Part shown: positions 28,293-36,674 of the stretch, one piece after another | How the letters are laid out: each line of letters opens with the position of its first letter | How positions within the stretch are numbered: position 1 is the stretch's first letter | From: Patescibacteria group bacterium | Lineage (GTDB): Bacteria; Patescibacteriota; Patescibacteriia; UBA1558 | Assembly: GCA_016784445.1 (NCBI GenBank) | Contig: JADHUR010000004.1 | Location: forward strand, 1 to 37,889 | Length of the DNA stretch: 37,889 bases | Reading direction: 5' to 3' | Translations under genes and position numbers: made by a program | The notes under the pieces: model-generated | Seen by the model: only the letters and a program-made list of their open reading frames with translations | Databases searched by the model: none | What the model was told of the DNA's origin: nothing

Positions 28293-28460
28293 TTGACAGT
28301 CTTTTTTTTATAGTATAATATATCATATTATTAGTGTCTCGAGCCCCACATCCCGAGAGTACTATGACCCGTCTAATCTGAATCTCTTGACCAGAAACAG
28401 ACATATGGCGGGTCAAACAATTCTTTAACAATTAGAAACACAAATCATTAAAATAGGAGG
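28293..28460 (+). promoter_or_regulatory. promoter, two-hairpin structured leader, boxA-like site and SD
   Basis: TTGACA(28293)-17 nt-TAATAT; hairpins 28332-28364 and 28365-28415; ATTCTTTAACAATT at 28420; AGGAGG at 28455. Confidence 0.6.
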
Positions 28461-28465
28461 AATTA

Positions 28466-28504
28466 ATGAGATGTAATGTTCCAATCACAGCTCCCCCAAC
28501 TTGA
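28466..28504 (+). CDS. putative 12-aa leader peptide MRCNVPITAPPT
   Basis: perfect AGGAGG SD 5 nt before the ATG; TGA stop. Confidence 0.4.
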   Translation: MRCNVPITAPPT

Positions 28505-28539
28505 CTATAATATTCTGTAATACTCGGGATAGTAACTAA

Positions 28540-28965
28540 ATGGTCAAAAAAATGGAGCTCGAAATGAACACAAGCACGATGTCACAGGTTATTCCTGTAT
28601 CACCACATTCAACATTGAATATCAATCAACTTGAATCTCTAAAAGGCGCAGCGCTCAATGAACTTGAAATAAAAGGACAGGATATTGATAGTCTGTTTAA
28701 CAGTTTTAAATCGTCAGAAGATGGAGGTAATCCACACTCTGGGGAAATAGCTGAAAGAGCAAGTCAATGCCAAGATCCAACAGTAGCAATGCTTCGATCA
28801 GATCCAATATGTGAATCTGTAACAAAGCTTCGAGATATGGTCATTCGTATTAATAAAGGTAAGTACAATAATCACTGTACTAGTTGTGGTGAGACAATAC
28901 CATTCGAAAGGTTGCTGAGAATACCAGAAACCTCTCGGTGTATACCGTGTAAAGAAAACGGCTAA
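28540..28965 (+). CDS. TraR/DksA C4-type zinc finger protein
   Basis: CTSCGETIPFERLLRIPETSRCIPCKE zinc finger after a coiled-coil; the true start may be the ATG at 28564 (GGAG upstream). Confidence 0.85.
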   Translation: MVKKMELEMNTSTMSQVIPVSPHSTLNINQLESLKGAALNELEIKGQDIDSLFNSFKSSEDGGNPHSGEIAERASQCQDPTVAMLRSDPICESVTKLRDMVIRINKGKYNNHCTSCGETIPFERLLRIPETSRCIPCKENG

Positions 28966-28992
28966 ACTGCAGGACAACAGAATAGCTAATTT

Positions 28993-29023
28993 AAAAAAGG
29001 CTCTCATAATGAGAGCCTTTTTT
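28993..29023. terminator. bidirectional terminator
   Basis: AAAAAAGGCTCTCAT-a-ATGAGAGCCTTTTTT perfect inverted repeat between convergent genes. Confidence 0.85.
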
Positions 29024-29042
29024 CTTTTATCTATAAATATAA

Positions 29043-30194
29043 TTAGCTGGTTGACGCTGGTAAACACAGATCATTTGCACCATTTTTAGTATCAAAACAT
29101 CTATAATTTGCTGAACATGCATCATCATCATCACAGTCACACATTTTCTTATCAAAATAGCTATCATTATTACAATCTGCGTTTGAATTATCTTCCCAAC
29201 CATCTAATGATCTACAATCAGCGTCTACATTACACTCTTCAGGCTGAGGTCTACATTTATCTTGATAACCCGCCTCATCCGTACAAACCAAACCCGGTGC
29301 ACACTCTGCATTACTATCACAAGTGTCCCCTTCAACTCCTAAACTAAAACACCTATTATCAACACAGTTCAAACCATCATTACACTCACCCACATCTCTA
29401 CAAATAGAATTTCTTAAACCAAAAGAGCATTGATTAGTTTGAGTTTGACACAAAGTGTTAGGTTTAATATTCAAACAATCTGCATCACTACTACAATTTA
29501 TATTTATAATACTTTGACAGGCGTTATTATTTACAATACACATTCCCGGATAAATACCACACGATGCTTGTACATCTTCACTAGCACACATTGCCTGCTT
29601 TAAAGCAGCTTGACTATAATTATCCTTGAAATCCCCTTCATCATCTATAAAATCAAATTTTTTCGCATAATATTTAACTGCGTCACTAACAGCTGCTTGT
29701 GTAGAATTTTCTTGATCAACATATCCAAAAAAATCATTAATCATAGAACAATCTCTAACTATTGTTGGGCAGGACCCAATCTTGGGAGCTGGGGCATATA
29801 AGGGCTTAAATGTAGTTAAGGCCGGGTTAATAGTATTGAGCAACATAAACGATCCTAGAGCCAAAATAAGGCCAACCAGAGCACTAATAATGGTACTATT
29901 AGCCTCTCCAATAGCTCCTGCATTACCAGCTGCAAATATCCTCTTATAGCCACCAAACATTATCATTACAACAGCCAGTACTGATACCAAACCAATACCA
30001 TAATTATATATAGCTATAATATATTGTCCCAAACTTCCTGAGTTAATATTAATAGGTGAATCTTTTACAAAATCACTTCCCGGTATTGTAGTGCTTGGTA
30101 TGAACTTAATTTCTGAACCAGCAAATACTGGCATTGCAAATAATACAATAAATAATATTGCGAGTATTGAAATTGTTAGTTTGGTCTTTGACAT
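29043..30194 (-). CDS. CPR-type (VirB2/TrbC-like) pilin fused to a Cys-rich repeat domain
   Basis: signal peptide; LAVVMIMFGGY...AAGN...IISALVGLILALGSFMLLNTINP two-TM pilin motif; 26 Cys in the C-terminal part. Confidence 0.75.
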   Translation of the reverse strand: MSKTKLTISILAILFIVLFAMPVFAGSEIKFIPSTTIPGSDFVKDSPININSGSLGQYIIAIYNYGIGLVSVLAVVMIMFGGYKRIFAAGNAGAIGEANSTIISALVGLILALGSFMLLNTINPALTTFKPLYAPAPKIGSCPTIVRDCSMINDFFGYVDQENSTQAAVSDAVKYYAKKFDFIDDEGDFKDNYSQAALKQAMCASEDVQASCGIYPGMCIVNNNACQSIININCSSDADCLNIKPNTLCQTQTNQCSFGLRNSICRDVGECNDGLNCVDNRCFSLGVEGDTCDSNAECAPGLVCTDEAGYQDKCRPQPEECNVDADCRSLDGWEDNSNADCNNDSYFDKKMCDCDDDDACSANYRCFDTKNGANDLCLPASTS

Positions 30195-30211
30195 AATATA
30201 TAAATAATAAT

Positions 30212-31438
30212 TTATCGAATACCTATTTCTTCTAAATTGCCAGTCATCTCATTTACAAAGTAAAGCGTACTACTGTCTGTTGATACTTGCAAGCCTATAG
30301 CACTTACATCATCAGGTGCTGCAATCATACGTTTACTACCAGTAATTAAATTAATTTCATAAAATACATCCTGAATACCATCTGCTAAATCTCTGAATAT
30401 ACCAGATAATTCTGGTAACTCTTCTGGTACTGCACAATATACTTTTTGTGAGCTATTGGTAAATACACATTTATCTGACCATGTATTAATACCAATATCT
30501 ACTTTATATGAACCAGTCCAATCTCCGCCCATATCTGCTAAATATAATGTTGGTCTATAACCCGACTTTGTATTATATACACTATATAGTATGAAATCCC
30601 CCTGTGGAGACCAAGAACTTTCAAATCCTCTACCATCTGTAACAAGTGATTTAATATTTCCACCTGATTGACCAATTGGAAATACTTCTTGTCTTTCAAA
30701 ATCTATACCCTCTCTATATGTTGCTACAATTTCACCAGCTGGCGACCAATCTATTTGTACATCTTTTTCTTTCTCACCCAAGTGTTCAACAAATAATACT
30801 CCAGATCCATCAAAGTTTGTTGTTACTATCCAATTATTATCTGGGAAATCTGAAATAACTTTAGCTGCAATCTTTTCACCACTTTGGTCAAAAGAAAAAT
30901 CTTGCAACTCCTTTGGTAAAGATATTTGCTTCTCTTTACTAAAATCATAAAAAATATTATGTCCGTCTGGATATTCAAGTATTGCCCTATCACCTTTTCT
31001 TGACCAGGCAATGTTTTCTACATCATAAAAAGACTTATCACTTAAAGGCGTTATCTGGCCAGAGGCATAGCTATAGAACTTACCATCATCTCCATTATAA
31101 TATACAAGTGAACCATTAGTAGTTTTACTAATAGCAATTACTTCATGATCAATAACTGTATCTGCTTCTACTGCAATTACTTCATCTGTTCTAATATATG
31201 GCAAGTCTGGCGATGTAATTGGTAACCCTGTTACAGGATTAACAGAAACTGGTCTATCCCCTGTATCATCACCTATATCTGGAAGTCCACCAATTGGTTG
31301 TCCAGCTGGAGGTGTAATTATAACTGGAGGTGGTGTTGGAGCAAAGAACATAGAATATAAAAACCAAGCCATTAAAAAAACAATAGCTATAAAACCTAGT
31401 ATCATTAATATTCTTTTATATTTTGGATCTATTGTCAT
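30212..31438 (-). CDS. membrane-anchored TolB/WD40-like beta-propeller protein
   Basis: N-terminal TM, Pro-rich linker, repeated blade motifs WSRKGD, FDQSGE, WSPAGE, WSPQGD, VSTDSS. Confidence 0.75.
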   Translation of the reverse strand: MTIDPKYKRILMILGFIAIVFLMAWFLYSMFFAPTPPPVIITPPAGQPIGGLPDIGDDTGDRPVSVNPVTGLPITSPDLPYIRTDEVIAVEADTVIDHEVIAISKTTNGSLVYYNGDDGKFYSYASGQITPLSDKSFYDVENIAWSRKGDRAILEYPDGHNIFYDFSKEKQISLPKELQDFSFDQSGEKIAAKVISDFPDNNWIVTTNFDGSGVLFVEHLGEKEKDVQIDWSPAGEIVATYREGIDFERQEVFPIGQSGGNIKSLVTDGRGFESSWSPQGDFILYSVYNTKSGYRPTLYLADMGGDWTGSYKVDIGINTWSDKCVFTNSSQKVYCAVPEELPELSGIFRDLADGIQDVFYEINLITGSKRMIAAPDDVSAIGLQVSTDSSTLYFVNEMTGNLEEIGIR

Positions 31439-31905
31439 AAACCTAATGCATCAAGTCCCACTTCAAGTGGATTAACTATTATATAAAGTATAACTAAAAT
31501 TATTAACACTGAAAAAAATTGAACCATTACAGCAGCCCACACAAATAATGAAGTATAAATATTTACGTCCACTCTAACCCCTTTTACCTCAATATTTGCT
31601 ATCTTAATTGCAAACCACCAAATAAATGCTGTAAAAGATGGAATTATTCCCGCCAGTGGAACAAACCCTCCCGCTGCTAATCCTTTAAGCCACCTACTAA
31701 TATATCTCTTTGCAATAAAACTCGTTAACTTTTTCTTCTCTTCTTCCAATCTTTCTCTTAATTCTTGCTGTAAGCGTTCTTTTAAAGAACCTGCCATTCC
31801 ATCTATCTGAATATCTAAAGAACCCTCATCACTTTGTTCTAATTCTTCACGTTCTCGACGTATAGTTTCATCAAACTCTTCTTTAAATTTATCTTTATCT
31901 ACCAT
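31435..31905 (-). CDS. hypothetical membrane protein
   Basis: 156 aa; charged coiled-coil followed by two TM helices; overlaps neighbouring start/stop codons. Confidence 0.7.
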   Translation of the reverse strand: MVDKDKFKEEFDETIRREREELEQSDEGSLDIQIDGMAGSLKERLQQELRERLEEEKKKLTSFIAKRYISRWLKGLAAGGFVPLAGIIPSFTAFIWWFAIKIANIEVKGVRVDVNIYTSLFVWAAVMVQFFSVLIILVILYIIVNPLEVGLDALGL

Positions 31906-32474
31906 TATTCCACTAAATACATACTATTAATCAGCCAAGAATCTCCAGATGCAACCAAATCTACTTCATAACTTAAATATTCTATCTCTTCATCATCACC
32001 AATTGTCTTTTGTAATTGAACATCTACATTAATAGTATACCCATCACCTTCTTCAACTATAGACTGACTTAATACTTTTGCAGAAACACCATAAAATTCA
32101 TCTAATGGATGATCACTTTTTAATTGAAGTAATTCCCTTTGCGCATATTGCATCATACTTTCTGTCATCTGTGATTCTAATACATTAATATTCTCTCCCC
32201 AATTTTCATTTGAATAACTAAGAAAACGAGCCACAAAATTACGAGACAAAGCACGTGCTCCCATCTCCTCATCATTCATTTGTTTCATTTCCGTATTGAC
32301 TACACTTGAATCTAAATTATTTGCATCATATACCTGTGGTACAAATATTTCTTCTGTAGTATCTGGCTTACCCATCATAGACAAAATAGCAATAATAATT
32401 ATCAATAAAACAATAACAGCTCCTATAATTATCATTTGCCTTCTTGTTAAATTAAGCTCCATATATTTATACAA
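31905..32474 (-). CDS. bitopic membrane protein, possible VirB8/TcpC-like NTF2 fold
   Basis: single N-terminal TM; ARALSRNFVARFLSYS helix and C-terminal LVASGDSWLIN strand; follows the VirB4-like gene. Confidence 0.6.
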   Translation of the reverse strand: MYKYMELNLTRRQMIIIGAVIVLLIIIIAILSMMGKPDTTEEIFVPQVYDANNLDSSVVNTEMKQMNDEEMGARALSRNFVARFLSYSNENWGENINVLESQMTESMMQYAQRELLQLKSDHPLDEFYGVSAKVLSQSIVEEGDGYTINVDVQLQKTIGDDEEIEYLSYEVDLVASGDSWLINSMYLVE

Positions 32475-32482
32475 ATTAATTA

Positions 32483-34342
32483 TTATTTCTTATTATCTTG
32501 TTCTGCAGCAAACTCTTTTTTAGCTTCTTCAATTTCAAGTAATTGTTTTGGATCTGATGTAATAACTTGATCTTCAGCATAAGAAGCTACCACTTGAATA
32601 GCAGCATGCTTAGTGCCAGCAAAAAATATACCCGTTCCAACTCTACCTTCAAGTAATAGATACTTCTCTCCCTCTGTTAACATAAAAACCTTTTGGACAT
32701 TATCTATAGCCGCTGCAGATTGTTTTAATAAAATCTGCATGGCTGAATTAGTTACAATCGCTCTGCCATATTTATTATTCAAAAAGTCATTAACATCTTG
32801 AGTAATTGTAGTAACACCTAAATAATATTTACGACAACGTTTAACAAGTGCAAAGATAAACTTTGCTGAATCATCATGTTGCATTAACCACCAGGCCTCA
32901 TCAATAACAAGTATTCTTTTCTTCATTTGTGAGCGAACAACATTCCAAATATAATTTACAATTGTATAAATACCGATAGGTCTAAGCTCATCTTCTAAAT
33001 CACGTACAGAAAATACAACCAATTGATTATTCATATCTACATTTGTCTGATTATTAAGAAGTCCTGAGAATGTACCAGTAGTATATTTCTGCAGTCGAAG
33101 TGCTAAATCCTCTCCACCTTCCATACCAGCAAGCACTTGTTCTAAATCACTCATTATTGGAGGTTCTACAATAGATAAATCACTATCTGGTCCAATATCT
33201 TTCTTGGCATAAGTTTCAAGTATTGCTCTATCTATAATAGAATCCTCTTGATGAGTAAATTCACCAAGCATGATTTTAAGAAGTCCTTTTATTGTAATAA
33301 CAGCCGAACGTAATATATCTGCTGGCTTTGTATCTCCGCCAACTCCACGAGGAAGATCAAATGGATTAATTTTACTTTCTGAATTTAATGAAACATTAAC
33401 ATATGTTCCATTAGTAGCTTCAGCTAAATATTTATATTCATTTTCTGGGTCAATAATAATAACTTCCGTACCCATCATTAAACTTCTTAAAACCTCTAAT
33501 TTAACAGCATAGCTTTTACCAGCACCAGATGTTGCGAACACACAAGCATTAGCATTCTGCAATGTAAATCTATCAAATATTATAAGACTATTATTGTGAC
33601 GATTAATACCATATAAAATACCGTCATCTGAAGTAAGGTCTGAAGATATGAACGGGAATGAAGAAGCAGCTGGTGATGAGTTCATATTTACAGAAACCAT
33701 TATTTCATCATTACCAAGTGGCAAGGTTGAATTAAAACCTTGCTCTGCCTGATACAATGCTCTTTTTGACATAACTAGCTTTGCGCCAATAATAGATTCA
33801 ACACTGTCTGTTAATTTATCTAATTCTTCTTTATCATCTGCATAAACAGTAATATATAAAGCATATTGAAAAAACTTTTCAATACCTTGCGTTAAATCAT
33901 CTCTTAATGACTCAACATCTCTTAAGGCCGTTTCTTTAATAGGATCACGGGGTGCACCTTTTTCTGCCTCTGCATATATTTCAGCTTCAAGCGTTCCAAC
34001 CTTATTCTTTAATTGTTTTAATACAATCTTAGCTGGTACTGGATAGAAAAACATTGAAATATCTAATGGTGCATTCAAATTAATAACCGGTGCAAACCAA
34101 CCAAGAGATACATATCTTGGGAATGTAAATACAAATATAGTTCTAACAAACTTTTGACCCAATCTTAAATAGTCATTTGTTATTGCCATGCTAGATGGTG
34201 CTACAAGCTCACGTACTGAAGTTACACCTTCACGGTATTTCTTTTCAGCCTCAAGCGCTTCCTTAGCCTTCATATTATCCACCTCTTTTGCAGGTATTGG
34301 CTTTGGTATAGCTTCTGTTTTTATTGAATCAATTTTTATCAT
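32483..34342 (-). CDS. VirB4/TraC-like type IV secretion ATPase
   Basis: Walker A ATSGAGKS, IIDPENEY, INPFD, Walker B ILVIDEAW, RKY...ITQ. Confidence 0.88.
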   Translation of the reverse strand: MIKIDSIKTEAIPKPIPAKEVDNMKAKEALEAEKKYREGVTSVRELVAPSSMAITNDYLRLGQKFVRTIFVFTFPRYVSLGWFAPVINLNAPLDISMFFYPVPAKIVLKQLKNKVGTLEAEIYAEAEKGAPRDPIKETALRDVESLRDDLTQGIEKFFQYALYITVYADDKEELDKLTDSVESIIGAKLVMSKRALYQAEQGFNSTLPLGNDEIMVSVNMNSSPAASSFPFISSDLTSDDGILYGINRHNNSLIIFDRFTLQNANACVFATSGAGKSYAVKLEVLRSLMMGTEVIIIDPENEYKYLAEATNGTYVNVSLNSESKINPFDLPRGVGGDTKPADILRSAVITIKGLLKIMLGEFTHQEDSIIDRAILETYAKKDIGPDSDLSIVEPPIMSDLEQVLAGMEGGEDLALRLQKYTTGTFSGLLNNQTNVDMNNQLVVFSVRDLEDELRPIGIYTIVNYIWNVVRSQMKKRILVIDEAWWLMQHDDSAKFIFALVKRCRKYYLGVTTITQDVNDFLNNKYGRAIVTNSAMQILLKQSAAAIDNVQKVFMLTEGEKYLLLEGRVGTGIFFAGTKHAAIQVVASYAEDQVITSDPKQLLEIEEAKKEFAAEQDNKK

Positions 34343-35022
34343 TGATTTTCTATATTTATTTCATTAATATCTTTAATCTTTTCAAATTGAGAAACCATTG
34401 GATTATATGTATTATATAGTGATTCAATTAATCCTTGAGTATCTAATCTAATTGAAGAGAGCCCCATTCCTCTTAAACCAGCTTCAACAAGTGCTACTCT
34501 TCTCTCTAATTCATTCTTATATTCATTAAATTGTTTCTTACTTAAATTTATAGCTTTAGTTGGAGAAAATACTTCAGATAATTGTGTGGTAAATGTTTTC
34601 TTCGTACTTGATGAGCCAGGCTCATAAGGAATAATTACATAAAACTTCTTACTCATAATATCTCCTAAGTCTAAAAGCTCAACTATATATTTCTTATATT
34701 CAGCGAGCTGAATCTTCATTAAATCATTTGTTGTCTTCTTAAACCGTTCATCTATTTTCAACAGATATGAATCAATATTGAGTTTACGAGATTGAACACA
34801 AATTTGTAATGGAAAATCTACTGAATTTAATAAAGCAACATAACCCTGTACTATGCCCTGTTGTTCATCTTCATTCTTTAATGCAAAATTAATTGAAGAT
34901 GTTAAAAGTACAGCTCTTAAGCCACCTGACTTTAATACAACAGTATCATCACGAACAGTAGAAATAAATAAATATTTCTCTGTAGATTGTATTCCTTTAT
35001 TTTTTGCATTCTTATTTTTCAT
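34339..35022 (-). CDS. conserved protein resembling a VirB4/TraC N-terminal domain
   Basis: AVLLTSSINFALKNEDEQ, LNSVDFPLQICVQSRKLNI, KKFYVIIPY; lies between the PrgI-like and VirB4-like genes. Confidence 0.7.
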   Translation of the reverse strand: MKNKNAKNKGIQSTEKYLFISTVRDDTVVLKSGGLRAVLLTSSINFALKNEDEQQGIVQGYVALLNSVDFPLQICVQSRKLNIDSYLLKIDERFKKTTNDLMKIQLAEYKKYIVELLDLGDIMSKKFYVIIPYEPGSSSTKKTFTTQLSEVFSPTKAINLSKKQFNEYKNELERRVALVEAGLRGMGLSSIRLDTQGLIESLYNTYNPMVSQFEKIKDINEINIENQ

Positions 35023-35025
35023 AAT

Positions 35026-35505
35026 TTATTCCAATTCTTTATCTATATTTATTGGCTCATTATCTAAATTATCTCTCAATACATCCTCTCCTTGATAAGC
35101 ACCACCTGTATCTATTATTAAAGATAATTCAGATAAACGTGAGGCACTCATTTGTCTTCGTGCAGATACTGGTTTATTGTCATTAATATTTTCTTCAGTT
35201 TCTTTTTGAGTCTGTTTTACAAATGCCTGCCTTTTCCAAATCCTTACTTTTGCAGACTTCATTGTCTTAATATAATTAAGCATAAAGATATGAAAGGGTG
35301 CACCATTTACTTTTATAAAAGCAAAAGCCACTGTAGCAATACCTATAATAACCGCCTCAACAATAAATAATGAAAAATCTGATAATTTATAAGATACGAA
35401 GCCGAACATCAATCCGACAAGTCCTATTAAAAACTGTCTTGTTGTAATAGGTCCAAAAATCTTACTTTCAACATCAATAAATTGTGGAACAATAAACTTC
35501 TGCAT
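35026..35505 (-). CDS. PrgI family membrane protein
   Basis: FIVPQFIDVESKIFGPITTRQF, two TM helices, KVNGAPF. Confidence 0.85.
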   Translation of the reverse strand: MQKFIVPQFIDVESKIFGPITTRQFLIGLVGLMFGFVSYKLSDFSLFIVEAVIIGIATVAFAFIKVNGAPFHIFMLNYIKTMKSAKVRIWKRQAFVKQTQKETEENINDNKPVSARRQMSASRLSELSLIIDTGGAYQGEDVLRDNLDNEPINIDKELE

Positions 35506-35507
35506 AA

Positions 35508-36623
35508 TTAAAATCTAAGCTTTGCATTTAAATCTGATATTGCATCAAACTCCTCAACAGTTAAAGATGCTTGTCCAGCATTTGTCTGTTGTTTTATTAT
35601 AGAGTCAACCGGTAGTCCATCTTCTAAACTTGCTCTCCCTAGCTTTACATATAGTCCATATACCGGGCTTGCCTGCCAAGCTTGAATAACTCTATCCTTT
35701 TCAGCAATTGATCCAGAAGATAATGAGTCTATTCTCTCTTTAATTCTATCTACTATTGAAGATGCATTCGACCCCAATCTTCTAAACATATTTAAATCTA
35801 ATTGCCTAAGCTCATCTACTGGTCCCACCAATTTAGTAAAGTTCTTAACCTCATCCATAGCTACTTTACCAGCCGGAACAGTTTGAGAACGCTTATTCCA
35901 AGAGAATATTCTTTTCTCTGGTTTTGGAACTTGCTTCTTAACAACAAAGCTATCTTCATTGCCTACAGAATTATCTTGTCCCAAGTTTGCAATACCGCCT
36001 TTTGCTGCTTCATTTGCAGACTTAATCATATTTGCTTGCTTGTCTATAGTATCTCTAATTTCATCCTTAGCTTCTTTTTCAGCATTTGCTATCCTGTCTG
36101 CAATATGTGGTTTCTGTTCTAATTTCTTAGCATCAATTTGAAGACTGACAACCTCTCCTCCATTACTTTTAATTTGTTTATCTATTTCCTTGATAACATT
36201 CAATAGACTATCTATATCTGCATTGTCTAATCCAACATCTCCAGACTCCCAAGTTCCTTGAAGACTTGTTCTTAGGTCTACAGCGGTTCTAGCGCCACGA
36301 AAAAAAGATAATAACAATCTAGAAAACCTTTCCTTAACCTCAATAGAAAGTTGCAGGGAAAATTCATCTATTAATCTTGTTATTATTTTTTCTAATCCAA
36401 ATTTTGGTGGCTGCTTTACAATAACTGGCGCTGGTGGAGCAAGTATAGGTTCTTCCATGCCAGTATCTATTATTGCCTGAGACTTCTGCATTCTACTTGT
36501 AGTACTAGCAACAGCTTTACTTGCCAACCATTGTTGGTAATTAATTAGCTTACCTTCTTGCCATATTTTGAATTTGCCGTCCTTATCTTTAACAGCGTAT
36601 TCTTTAACGATAAAATCGTCCAT
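35508..36623 (-). CDS. hypothetical protein upstream of the PrgI-like gene
   Basis: 371-aa ORF; C-terminal LVGPVDEL...FRRL...AWQASP.Y..Y...LTVEEF motif; 2 nt from the next gene. Confidence 0.75.
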   Translation of the reverse strand: MDDFIVKEYAVKDKDGKFKIWQEGKLINYQQWLASKAVASTTSRMQKSQAIIDTGMEEPILAPPAPVIVKQPPKFGLEKIITRLIDEFSLQLSIEVKERFSRLLLSFFRGARTAVDLRTSLQGTWESGDVGLDNADIDSLLNVIKEIDKQIKSNGGEVVSLQIDAKKLEQKPHIADRIANAEKEAKDEIRDTIDKQANMIKSANEAAKGGIANLGQDNSVGNEDSFVVKKQVPKPEKRIFSWNKRSQTVPAGKVAMDEVKNFTKLVGPVDELRQLDLNMFRRLGSNASSIVDRIKERIDSLSSGSIAEKDRVIQAWQASPVYGLYVKLGRASLEDGLPVDSIIKQQTNAGQASLTVEEFDAISDLNAKLRF

Positions 36624-36674
36624 AAAAAATATTATTATATGGTAAATTATAACATAAAGTCAGCTAATGAACAA

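Noticed and set aside
28466-28540. UGA readthrough (code 25) or fusion of the uORF to the DksA-like gene
   Set aside because: TAA follows two codons after the TGA, the frames differ, and TGA is used as a stop elsewhere (ATGA overlaps at 31435 and 34339)
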